From Stegostoma tigrinum (Eukaryota), in the NCBI RefSeq assembly GCF_030684315.1, contig NC_081381.1, forward strand, positions 28,413,114-28,477,113: a stretch of DNA of 64,000 nucleotides, written 5' to 3'. The notes under the pieces are model-generated. The model made no database searches and was not told the origin of the DNA. It saw nothing but the letters and a program-made list of their open reading frames with translations. Below are positions 46,101 through 62,583 of this stretch, piece by piece; the stretch's first letter is position 1, and every line of letters starts with the position of its first letter. The position numbers and the translations under genes were made by a program.

Positions 46101-49100
46101 CATGGAGGCGAAGACAGCGGAAAAACTGCTCTATGTCCAACCGTGACTGGTATTCGTTGATGTGTGGTTGTAGGGGGACAAAGGTGAGCCCCTTACTAAG
46201 GACTGACCGTTCGTCCTCAGTCAGTGGGAGGTCTGGGGGGATGGTGAAGATGCGGCAGGGCTCAGTGTGGCTGTCTACTCTGGGGTTGCTGGCTGTGGAG
46301 GTTGTGGGCGGAGCGATGAGGTCGTCGGCCGTGGGCGGGGTTCCGTCGGCCGTGGGCGGGGTTCCGTCGGCGTCGGCCGTGGGCGGGGTTGCGTCGGCCG
46401 TGGGCGGGGTTCCGTCAGCGGTTGGAGTATCGGGGTGGGCGGCAGCAGCTGCGGTGAGGGTGGTGTGTGGGGTGTTGTACCTGGACGTGAGGTGGTGACC
46501 GCAGCAGCGGTTCCGGAAGTTCTGTGGCCGGCGGAGGCGGATGTGACGTCATCGGTGGGGTCTCCGGCCGTGTCCTCATGGTTTGAGATGAGATTGTTGA
46601 CTTGCTTGTTGAGCTTTTTGTTCAGACGTTTCGTCACCATGCTAGGTGACATCATCAGTGAAGCCTCCAATGAAGTGATGTTATTCCACTCTTCTTGCTA
46701 TTTATACTGTTTGGCCCATTATGGTGAGTACTGTCATTTCTGGTTTTGATCTGTATTGGTTGGTATGGGGTCCAATTCAATGTTTGTTGATTGAAGTATG
46801 GGCGGAGAACCATGCCACTAGGAATTCCCGTGTGTGTCTGTTTGGCTTGGGCTACTATGGTTACTTTAGTTAGAATAAAATAGAGTAGAATAACATTGCT
46901 TCATCGGAGGCTCCACTGATGATGTCACCTAACATGGTGACAAAACGTCTGAACAAAAACAATCCAGCTCGGTCAGCAAGTCAACAACTCAACTCTGTTC
47001 CCTGTCGGTGTGTTCAACTGATATACAACTGTGCACTGTGCTGTCCATAGGCTGTGCTCCAATGTCCTTGTATTCTAATGTGCAACAGGTCTTATCTTTG
47101 CACTGCCTCTCTGTTCAGTTGTTGCAGATGTACTGTGTGAATTTTTGGAAGTGGCTATTCATATGATCTTGTACGTACGTGAGGTTTATCCAGTTGGAAT
47201 ATTTCAGAAAAGGAAAAAGTACAACGTACCTGTCCAGGTGAGTCAACTGATGAGCTCCCAGCTTTTTGCTACACTGCAGAAGACAATTTCAACTAAGATA
47301 GCTTATCCTCTGAAATTTGTCACTCCTTACAACTTGGGTGCATCATTTGAGTCTATTTAATATGGATCTGTAATTGTGATTTGTTGGCTTCAAAAAGAAT
47401 TCCTGAATGATGCTTTGTTTACCATTTGCTCTGTTTACCTAGATGTCATGCCACCCCGAGCTTAACCAGTACATCCAGGACACATTGCATTGTATCAAGC
47501 CTCTGATTGAGAAGGTTGGGAGGAATTTTAATTGTCTGCTCTGTAATTGTGTATAAATGAACTTGCTTTTCATTGAGTTAGTTTTGTTCCAATTATTTTC
47601 CCTTGTCCTCACTGCATACTCTCTGAAAGTGGATGGGTACTTATACTAGAAAATGTACAATAGCTGTTTCTGATTTGGTGCTGTCTGTATGTTGACTTTT
47701 TATATCTGTCCCCCATGTTTGTTTGGCAGAGAGGGCTTTTTATCTTTTTTTGTCCATTTATTAATGTATTTGGTAATGTGCTTTAGGAAGGAAAGTTGTA
47801 AGCGTTGGTTAGAAATTCTGTGCTGAATTACTTAGTTTCTAACTTCTCAAAGCCTATATAAAGGAAAAGTCATGACCATGATAGAACATTTATTATCTAT
47901 CCTGAGGGGTGCAGTCTCTAGGATGCTTGGTTTGACAGCATTCATGACTCAGTAACCTGCTTGATGGCCCTACTACTTTATGATGATCTCTTCCAAAACG
48001 ATGAACTGTGGCAATTCTTCAGGATTTCCTTAACAGCAGTCCTCCCTACTACCTGACTAAATGTTGTTGGGACACCATTACCTGCAAGTTCCCTTCAAAG
48101 TACACACCATCTGGACTTGGCAATTTATTGGTCCATTATTGTAACTGGATTAAAATCATGAAAACTTCCTTCCTAATGCCATTGTAGGACTAACAAATGT
48201 GCTGAGGATCAAGAAGGAGACAATAAATACGACAGTGTCCACTCAACTCTTGAGAACAACTAGATTTATAAAAATCTCTGCATTCCAATAAAGCATTGAC
48301 TTCTCATAACTGCTTTTGGTTTGTGGCCACTCGTTGTTCATGTCTGTTTGTTAATATTTGGGTGGTGAGCTGCCTGCGGACTGACTTGTGATCTTTTCTC
48401 CTGTTTAGAATGAGGTGGATCGGATGGTGGTAGTGATCCTGGATAAAGAGCATCATCCTGTAGAGCGCTTTGTCTTTGAGATATCACAACCTCCTCTCTT
48501 GTCCGTCAGGTGAGATATTTTCAGCACTGCTAATTTTCTTGTACTACTTTCATTGTGACAGAAATGATTTTCTTCCTCTGCCATTCTCCCAGAGATTTAT
48601 AGCCCCATTTCTGATTCATGGAGGAGTTTGGCAAACTTAGGAAAGCACTAACTGATTATGTGAATACATGAGCTGAAGATGGACTGGCTCAGGGCTGTCT
48701 GCAAAAATATTAGTAAGTGATGAAGAGCAAAGTCAGCCATTTGGGAGTAGAGACACCTTGGAATCTGTGTTGGTATTTTCTCTAAAGTACCTAGACTGTC
48801 ACATGTGAGGCCAGGATCACACGTGGCTGTGTTTTCGTTACAGTCAAGTAAACACTTGAGGCTCATGTTTGATGGCTAACTACCAGAGAGTGCTCAAGGC
48901 CAATTTAGCAATGCCCAGAAGATTCAGTACGTTCAGAAGAAGTGATGTAAAAGGGAGAAAAGAGATGTTAAGGACATAGTATTTGAAGGGCACTTGTACC
49001 AAGCATATTTTTAATTGATTGAATTTTCCTGTACTTCTATTCTGTGTCCTTGCTGTTTTACAGCTCTGACACACTGCTTTCCCGTGTCGAGCAGCTGCTT

Positions 49101-52027
49101 CGAGCGTCGATCCTGAAAATTAGTGTCTGTGATGCAATTCTTGACAGCAACCCTCCAGGTGAGCCTGTGTCTTGGTGGCAGTAACACACGCAGTCCTGTT
49201 GTACAAGCTATTAATTTTTCACCCATTGTTTTACCAAGCTATGAATTTTGCTTACTTTGGCTAGACACCTGGGGAAAAGACTGACTTGGTGTAATCTGAC
49301 TGAGGGAGTAAGAAGGTTCTTTCTACGTTTTGCTGGAACAGCGATTTTTCTTTTCTCTACCTTTTTTTTCATTTCTCCTTCTGAAGGTAACAGACCGAGA
49401 ACTCAGGAACAAAAACAGAACTTGCTGGAAAAGCTCAGCAGGTCTGGCAACTTATGTGAAGAAAAAGTCAGGGTTAATGTTTCGGGTCTGGTGACCTTTC
49501 CTCAGAATGGGGAGCTGGGAATTCAGCCTGGCACCTCATTGATTTGCATAACTCTGTAGATTAATTTGCTATGCTATTGTAGTGGCATAACTATTTTATT
49601 ATTGTTTTGGAATTTTCTAATGCTGAAACTGAAATAAATTCTTCCTGATTCATATCTCTTATGTTTGTATTTATGAGAATTGCATTGTTTATTTCTAGGC
49701 TGTACCTTCACTGTATTAGTCCATACCCGAGATGTTGCCACACGAAACATGGAGAAAATTCAAGTGATAAAGGTGAGCAATATTTCTGGACTCTGCAATG
49801 GAATGGAATCTTTGGTGTGCAATGTGTTAACTGTGAACATTAATATGATGCATGCTTCTAATGGGGACGATTCTATTTCCAGGTCAATGTCTGTTTATGT
49901 TATTAATGGCTCCCTTTGTTCAGAGATGGTAGCATTGTGTTAATGTCACCAGAGGCTCAGGCTAATGTTTGGAGAACAAGGGTTTTAATTCCATAAATTC
50001 TGGAACTTAAAAGCTAGTCAAATGGTAGTAAAATGATTGTTGTAAAAACCCATTTGGTTCACTAATGTCCTTTAGGGAAAAGAGTGTCCTTACCTGTTCT
50101 GACCTACCTGTTTGAGTTTGATTTATTGTTGTCACAGGTACTAACATAAGGAAAAGTGTTGTTTTGCATGCTATACAGGTAGATTGTACCATACAAAGTG
50201 CAAAAGGGTGGTAGAACAGAGTGCAGAATACAGCGGTACAGCCACAGAAGCTGCAGAGACAGATCAACATTAACATTTGAGAGGTCTGATGAAATATGAG
50301 TTAACAGTGGGAAGGAAGCTTTTTTGAACTGTTTGTATGTATATTCAAACTTGTATGTCTTCTGCCTATCTGAAGAGGATGGAAGAGAATATACGTGGGG
50401 TAGGAAAGGTCTTTGATTATTTTGGTTGCTTTCCTTGGAAAGCAGGAAGTATAGATGGAGTCAACGGATGGAAGACTGGTTTGCATGATGGACTAGGTTG
50501 CGTTCATGACTCTCTGTAGTTTCTAGCGGTCTTGGGAAGAGTAGTTGCCATGCCACACTGCGATGAAGCCAGATAGAATGCTTTCTGCAGTGAACATATC
50601 CAAACTGACCACAAGACCCCTATGACCCATTGGGCGTCAGAGTGGCATGCAAACCTATGTCAACCCTATGCCAACTGCTAACTCGAACCAAAGATCCTGT
50701 ACCCAGTATGGACAGAACCAATATGATATATAAGATCCCATGCAAGGACTGCGACAAACACTACATTGGACAGACAGAAAGCCACAAGAATACATGAACA
50801 CTAACTAGCAACAAATAGATGTGATCAGTGTTCACTCGTCTCCATTCACACGGATAAGGAGAACCACCAGTTCAATTGAGACAACGTCATGATCCTAAGA
50901 TAGGCCAAACAGAGACAAGCACGAGAATTTCTAGAGGCTTGGTTGTCCACCAAGAAGGCCATCAATAAACATGTAGGGTTAGACCCTATATATACACCAC
51001 TATGAAGAAAAACCAGAAATGAGATAACCAATTCCAGCTGACCCTAGAGTTTAAATATAAGGTGGGAAAACACATCAGTGCTTCATCAGAGGCTGCACTA
51101 ATGATGTTACCCCGCAGGGTAATGAAACATCTGCAAACTAACGAACCAACCACAGCGTATAATCACTGTTCTTATATTATCAGTGGATAAGTACGCTGGA
51201 GTTTTCCAATCAACATATTCTAGCAACACCAGCACAATAATTGACTACAGCAGTTCGAGATCCATCATTACTGACTGCTGTCTTTGGACATCCAGGATAA
51301 TGATAAACTGCCCAAACCCAAGAATAAATGCATCACCAACATCCATTAAGATTATGTTTTAGCTTTCTTGTTTGTTTGCTTGTTCCTGGTATAGGACTTC
51401 CCATGGATCCATGCTGATGAACAGGAGGTGAACATGCGAGAGCCACGGCTAATCCCGCTAAAAACTATGACATCAGATATTTTAAAGGTAATCATTACAT
51501 TTCTCACAAGGCATACCGTACGTTCTCTGTGTGATTCATGCAATAGTATCTCATGACCTCTGATTATAAGCTCATCAGATTTTAGCAGAAAGATTTCTTG
51601 ACCTGAGAAATGGATTAGATGATAACTTGGAGTGGCAATGGAGGCCACGAGCATCATCTAACTGATTTTCTCAGAATGTTTGAACCATTGGTCTGTAATA
51701 TGGTTGAGGCTACAGTGATAACCTAGATTTCTGTAACTGCTGCTTCCTGGATTATGTCTGAGGAGTGTGATGATGGTATCACTCTTAAATTGTTTGCAGG
51801 GATATGGGCCAAGTGCAAGCAGGGAGGACTAGTTTAGTTTGTGATTAAGGTTGGCATGGACTGATTGAACCTGTTTCTGTGCTTTCTGACTGACTGATGT
51901 AGTTGGCAATGCTGCAGTAAACTGTATGTGTAATACTATGGCCTCACTTTTGGAGTTGCATTAATTTATTTTTACTCTTTTATAGATGCAATTGTATGTT
52001 GAAGAGAGAGCTCAGAAAACATCCTGA
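43155..52027 (+). CDS. MAD2L2: MAD2B / REV7 (HORMA domain), complete, 211 aa; exons 43155-43194, 47119-47237, 47443-47514, 48409-48509, 49064-49158, 49699-49772, 51395-51487, 51986-52027
   Basis: Spliced translation [70 protein letters not shown]...[12 protein letters not shown]...[27 protein letters not shown]; total 636 nt. Confidence 0.97.
43690..43721 (-). ncRNA. Minimal type-I hammerhead ribozyme motif (intact core)
   Basis: CUGAUGA-A-GGGUC-UA-GGCCC-GAAAC-GUC in the 3' pLTR of the near-intact PLE. Confidence 0.82.
46321..46420. repeat. 21-bp GC-rich tandem repeat (GTCGGCCGTGGGCGGGGTTCC) x ~4 within the PLE ORF
   Basis: Seen directly; reads ADGTPPT repeats in the RT frame. Confidence 0.9.
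46621..46662 (-). ncRNA. Type-I hammerhead ribozyme motif, family C (best-formed copy)
   Basis: UUCA-CUGAUGA-U-GUCACC-UAGCAU-GGUGAC-GAAAC-GUC-UGAA: 4-bp stem I, 6-bp stem II. The inverted partner at 46916-46949 has G12>A. Confidence 0.85.
47119..47237 (+). CDS. MAD2L2: MAD2L2 coding exon 2
   Basis: gttcag|TTGTT ... GTCCAG|gtgagt. Confidence 0.95.
47443..47514 (+). CDS. MAD2L2: MAD2L2 coding exon 3
   Basis: [24 protein letters not shown]. Confidence 0.95.
48409..48509 (+). CDS. MAD2L2: MAD2L2 coding exon 4
   Basis: [33 protein letters not shown]. Confidence 0.95.
49064..49158 (+). CDS. MAD2L2: MAD2L2 coding exon 5
   Basis: [31 protein letters not shown]. Confidence 0.95.
49405..49507 (-). 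mobile_element. Solo PLE terminus (family B-like) with hammerhead-like core
   Basis: CUGAGGA-AAGGUC-ACCA-GACCC-GAAACAUUA at ~49474-49505. Confidence 0.7.
49699..49772 (+). CDS. MAD2L2: MAD2L2 coding exon 6
   Basis: [24 protein letters not shown]. Confidence 0.95.
50110..50590 (-). mobile_element. Non-LTR retrotransposon 3' fragment (L2/Rex1-like)
   Basis: [28 protein letters not shown] remnant and (TCAAA)-like tail; similar pieces at ~25835-26090 and ~39230-39420. Confidence 0.65.
50595..51155 (+). mobile_element. PLE family C 3' fragment
   Basis: [23 protein letters not shown] remnant and [14 protein letters not shown]; hammerhead with G5>A at ~51094-51135. Confidence 0.8.
51395..51487 (+). 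CDS. MAD2L2: MAD2L2 coding exon 7
   Basis: [31 protein letters not shown]. Confidence 0.95.
51986..52027 (+). CDS. MAD2L2: MAD2L2 last coding exon
   Basis: tatag|ATGCAATTGTATGTTGAAGAGAGA...TGA. Confidence 0.95.
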   Translation: MQLYVEERAQKTS

Positions 52028-52571
52028 TGTCATTGAGTCTAGATGATCTGACGTACAAAGTGAAGGAGAGAATCCAATACACTGGCTATATTTCATTACT
52101 GAGCTGACTTTGAGTGGAAGAGAACTTCCAAAATTCAATAACTGTGAAATGTTATCAGGGACCAAATCCTGAATTGGTACCTAAAGGGTGTTAACCCTTT
52201 TCATTCAGTAATATTAGCTTGTACTTTGACATTGTGTTGTGCTGCATTGAGAAAATGAAATTTTGTGTAAATTTCTGATTCCAGGCCTAGGTTTGAAATA
52301 GCTATCTCCCGCATGATTAGGTGTTGTTTTAATGAGGTAATTTTTTCTGAATAGACTAGAGAGCATTCATACAACACTGTAAAAGGCACAAAAATGACAA
52401 GATTTTGCACCCCCTCCTCCCAGAATTAACTACCAGCTTCCACAATAAGGAATTGGTCAGTTGTGGGAAAGGCTACAGCCAGCACCAAATAGGAGGGAAC
52501 AGTGACCAGAAGAGAGCTGAAACCTTACTTTGTATGGTGGTCCTAGAATTGGTAGATGAAAGAATAGTTTA

Positions 52572-52626
52572 AATAAATGCTTGAGATGTGTGTTTTTGTT
52601 GTACTTTTAAAAATTTTGGAAATAAA
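52572..52626 (+). terminator. Candidate MAD2L2 polyadenylation signals
   Basis: AATAAA at 52572-52577 and 52621-52626. Confidence 0.6.
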
Positions 52627-52789
52627 ATCTTTACATAAAGAACTAAATCGCTAACTGTGAAATCCATTAACAGGCATTTTTTAAAAACCCTACATATATT
52701 ATTTATCATTTCTTTTGGTGGTGTAAGGAAATTGTTCTACGAAAAACCTGGGCCAAAGACCTGGAGAACCAACGTGTTGGTTACATTGT

Positions 52790-52938
52790 GGGTGGGCTTC
52801 AAGTGACGTTGTTTGCAGTATCCAAGGGGGCGGGGATAATACCGCTGCGTCCAATCATGTGCTTCTCCGTTTGATGGCTAGCTGTCAGACTTTGCCTGGC
52901 GCCCTCCCCCCCCCCCCCCCCCCCCAATCGGTTCGGCC
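52790..52938 (+). promoter_or_regulatory. AKR7A promoter / 5' UTR
   Basis: TGACGT half-CRE ~52804, GC box GGGGGCGGGG 52826-52835, CCAAT at 52851 and 52924, poly-C run 52907-52925. Confidence 0.65.
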
Positions 52939-58872
<5,934 letters not shown>

Positions 58873-59639
58873 GAGGGGTCCTCAAAAATAAAAGCACTAA
58901 AGTAACACTTAGCATTTACAAATTTCCTGATGAACCCAGTTCAAAGCACTTACCACTAAATTTGTTGAGAAAGGGATGAAATGATTAATGTAACTGATGT
59001 TCACCAAGCTCAGCTACTTGTGAAAAGTTGCCGAGTTGCAATGGGAAAGTAACAACAGATCTCAGTGGTCAAGGTAAATGTCGTGTGATACGGAACCTGA
59101 CAGAAGACTAGCCCTGGACAAAGTCACTTGTGAGACACAAGATTACACAGTGAGGACTTTCAGTAACTCGGCCCACAAATGTTATTGAATTGAACAGTGA
59201 CCGCTTGTTAGAATCAAAGCTGATTAAAATAAGTACAAAATTATGTTTATTTCAATTGTTTCCAATGGAGAATAAAATCAACGAATTGGTCATTTATTTG
59301 TTAATGCCTAAATATAGCGTCACAAATAGGAGGAATCAACTGAAGTAATGGAGATGTTGTTTTCCAGCCATGGATTCCCATTACTTATACGTTTGTTCAT
59401 GTTTACAGTGGTGTAGGGAAGTTACTTTTCTCTTGTTTTTGGATAGGGGGGAGTGCACGACCAATATGTACTACCTAATGTTGACAAATACACAATAGTA
59501 TATTACAGAATGTTAACATGTTCAGTAGTAGTATGCTAACTTGAGACTGTCAATTCAGATAAAGAGAATATCATCAGGGGGCAGCACTGGGGGTGTGGTG
59601 GGACATCCCTGAAATTTAAAAAAAAATTCTTGGTACTTA

Positions 59640-61080
59640 TGAGTTATAGTACAGCATGGAAACAGACCCTTTGATCCAACTTGTTCATGCCAAACAGGTA
59701 TCCTAAATAAACCTACACCCATTTATCAACATTTGGCCTCTATCACTTTAAACCCTTCCCATTCATACAGCCATCCAGATCACTTTTTAATGTTGTAATT
59801 TACCAGCCACAACCCCTTTCTTTGGCAGCTCATTCTATATGTGCACCACCCTGTGCATGAAGAAGTTGCCCTTTTGGTCCCTTTTAAATGTCTCCCTCCT
59901 CGATTTAAAACTATGCCCTTTAGTTTTGGAGTCCACCACGCCAGGGAAAAGACCTTGCCGGTTCACCTTACTCATTTCCCTTCATGAAGTTGTAAACTTC
60001 TGTACAGGTCACCCCTCAGCCGCTATCACTCCAGGGAAAATAGCTCCAGCCTGTTCAGCCTCTCCTGGTAGCTCAAACCTTCCGACCCTGGCAACATCCC
60101 TGTAAATCTTTTCTGAAGCCTTTCAAGTTTCACACCATCCTTCCTATAACAGGGAGACCAGAATTTCACACAGTATTCCAAAAGTGGTCTAACCAATGCC
60201 CTGTACAGGAACAACATGGCCTCCCACTTCCTTCAAGCAGTGCATTGACCAATAAAGACAAATGTACCAAACACTTTCTTCATTCTACCAGTGACTCTAC
60301 TTTCAAGGAACTATGAACCTGCACTCCCCAGGATCTTCCCACAAAATGTACAAGTCCTGCTCTGATTTGTCTTACCAAAATGCAGCACCTCACACCTACC
60401 TAAATAAATTCCATCTGCCACTCCTTGGCCCATCTGCTCAATGTCCCATTCTGCTCTAAGATAGCCTTCTTCACTGTCCACTACACCGCCAAGTTTGGTG
60501 TCATCTGCAAACTGACTAACAGTACCTCCTTTGTTCACGTTCCAAATAATTTATATAAATTATGAAAAACAGTGGACACAGCATTGATCCTCATAGCACA
60601 ACACTGGTCACAGGCCTGCAGTCTGAAAAACTATCCATTACCACCATCCAGTCTATCAGTTAGTTTTGTATCCAAATGGCTAGTTCTCTGTATTCTGTGT
60701 GATCTACCCTTGTTAACTAGTCTACCGTGAGAAACTTTGTTGAATGCCTTACTGAAGTCCATATTAGGTCAAATCCACCACTCTGCCCTCATCAATCCTC
60801 TTTGCTAACTTCTTTAAAAAAAACCTCAAATCAAGTTAGTGAGATATGATTTCCCAACTGCAAAGCCATCTAAGCTATCCCTGACCAGTCCTTGCCTTTC
60901 CAAATATATGTAAATCCTGTCCATAAGGGTTCCCTTAACAACTTGCCCCACTCCCGTTATCTGCCTTACTAGTCTGTAGTTCCCTGACTTTTCCTTACCA
61001 CCATTCTTAATAGTGGCACTGCATTAACCAACCTCTAGTCTTCCAGCACCTCACTTGTGGCTATTGATGATACAAACATC
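59640..61080 (-). mobile_element. CR1/HER1-like LINE, 3' ~1.4 kb
   Basis: Remnants QFADDTKLGGVVDSEEG, LYRALVRPLLEYCVKFWSP and RLNRLELFSLE. Confidence 0.88.
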
Positions 61081-62446
61081 ATGGAAAGATATTTATTGGT
61101 TCTTCCTAATTACCCCTGAAGATGATTAACCTTTTAAACCTTTGACTCATGGGGCTAGGTACAGCCAGGGTTTATGGCAGTTTGATACTGCTAGAGAGGC
61201 ACACAATGCCATTACATAGAGCAGTTAATTGTCAATCACATTGTTAGTTATTCTAGATCTACAACACACTGGGTAAGGATAGTAGATGTCATCCCACGTA
61301 GGGCATCAGTGAACTATACACACATTTATTACAACAATTAACATTTTATTCAAAATAATTATTAAACTTAAATTCTCACAGTAGGGTTTGTATTCCCTTG
61401 CATTCTCTCTACAAATCTTTTTAGATTACCATGAGACCACCATGTCTCAAACCAGAATCTTGTGGATGGATAGAAAAGGCCTCTAGCATTTTGTTTTACA
61501 AGAGTAAGATGTTTTGGCACATAAAATTGATCCTTCAGCAAACCGACCCTCCAACTCTGAAAAAACTCGAGTCATTTATCTCATACTACTCGTAGCATCT
61601 TGTGATTCCTAAATTGACTTCCTCATTAGTATAAGCAGAAGTGCATTTAGGGGATGCAGATGTTGCATTTATTGATGCTCAACCAGCATTTATCACCACC
61701 TCTAAATGCCCATAGAAAGTTAACAGGAAGCCAAACTGTGGGTCTAAAGTTAGCCAGACCAATAAACACAGTCTCTCTCTAGGCACTCTTTTTACATAAA
61801 TCAGTCATGGTCACCATTAGGCCAGCTTGAGCTCAAGTGTCACCAACAGTACTGGTAGGAATCAGAACCAGTGTCTAGAACATTTGCCTGGGGTTCTGAA
61901 CAATACCATTTTTGCTACACCACTGTTTTCTCCAATCTTAACATTTCAAAGCCATTCATTACCTGTGAGGAGCTCAGACAGAACACAGACTGACAAAGTT
62001 AGCACCGCTCCAAGTCTTCACCATTAATTTATAACAACTGAAGATGTGAATAAAACTGGCCACTTGTCACCAGTTAGCGTGATTTACCATTGTTTACTGC
62101 CATTCTTCAGAGAGTTTGGTAACCGAAGTGCTGCAGCTGTGGCCGAAGACAATGTTACTGTAAAGTGGTCCAACTGTGTTTAACAGCAATTGTAACTATA
62201 TTCCTTGCACAGGTCCAGTAACACCATGCCTTCCCCAATAGTCACAAAAGTGACATTCCAAAGACAAACACATTCATTTGCTGTGAAGAGCTTGGAAAGG
62301 ACCTCTATATAGGGTTATTTTGTCTGTAATGTTAGGACACATTAACAGGTTCCTCAAATGTCAGTACATACCAATAAACTGCAATACCGCACACCTCTTG
62401 CACCACTAGGTGAGACCCAGCCAATAAATCTGTTGAAGTTCTAAAC

Positions 62447-62452
62447 TTTATT
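62447..62452 (-). terminator. Candidate MRTO4 polyadenylation signal
   Basis: AATAAA on the minus strand ~130 nt after the stop codon. Confidence 0.65.
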
Positions 62453-62583
62453 AAAAATGCTCACAAAATTCAATGTCCACATTTGCAATAGTTGTTCTCC
62501 CAAATGACTGTGAAATTGTTCATTAGTCATTGAAGATTGACACTTTTGAAGTATGCAGGCTGAGCTCTTCAACTTGCATTCAG

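Larger units (their letters stand above)
43591..46585 (-). mobile_element. Near-intact Penelope-like retroelement (family A, Neptune-like): RT + Cys linker + GIY-YIG endonuclease
   Basis: Open frame ~46548-44340 with [47 protein letters not shown] and [17 protein letters not shown] ([17 protein letters not shown]) follows a 1-nt frameshift and ends at 43944. 10-bp TSD AGATGAGATT at 43581-43590 and 46586-46595. Confidence 0.95.
43546..46989. mobile_element. Older inverted PLE insertion (family C, Penelope/Poseidon-like), host of the nested family A element
   Basis: 13-bp TSD CAACTCTGTTCCC at 43533-43545 and 46990-47002. Inverted termini ~46596-46690 and ~46885-46989 surround a GIY-YIG C-terminal remnant. 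Confidence 0.75.

Noticed and set aside
46321-46420. Short direct repeats as a possible CRISPR array
   Set aside because: No unique spacers; eukaryotic tandem repeat inside a retroelement
43963-46749. Many overlapping 100-160 aa ORFs on the plus strand and in alternative minus frames
   Set aside because: Shadow ORFs of the GC-skewed PLE coding sequence; no independent protein signature
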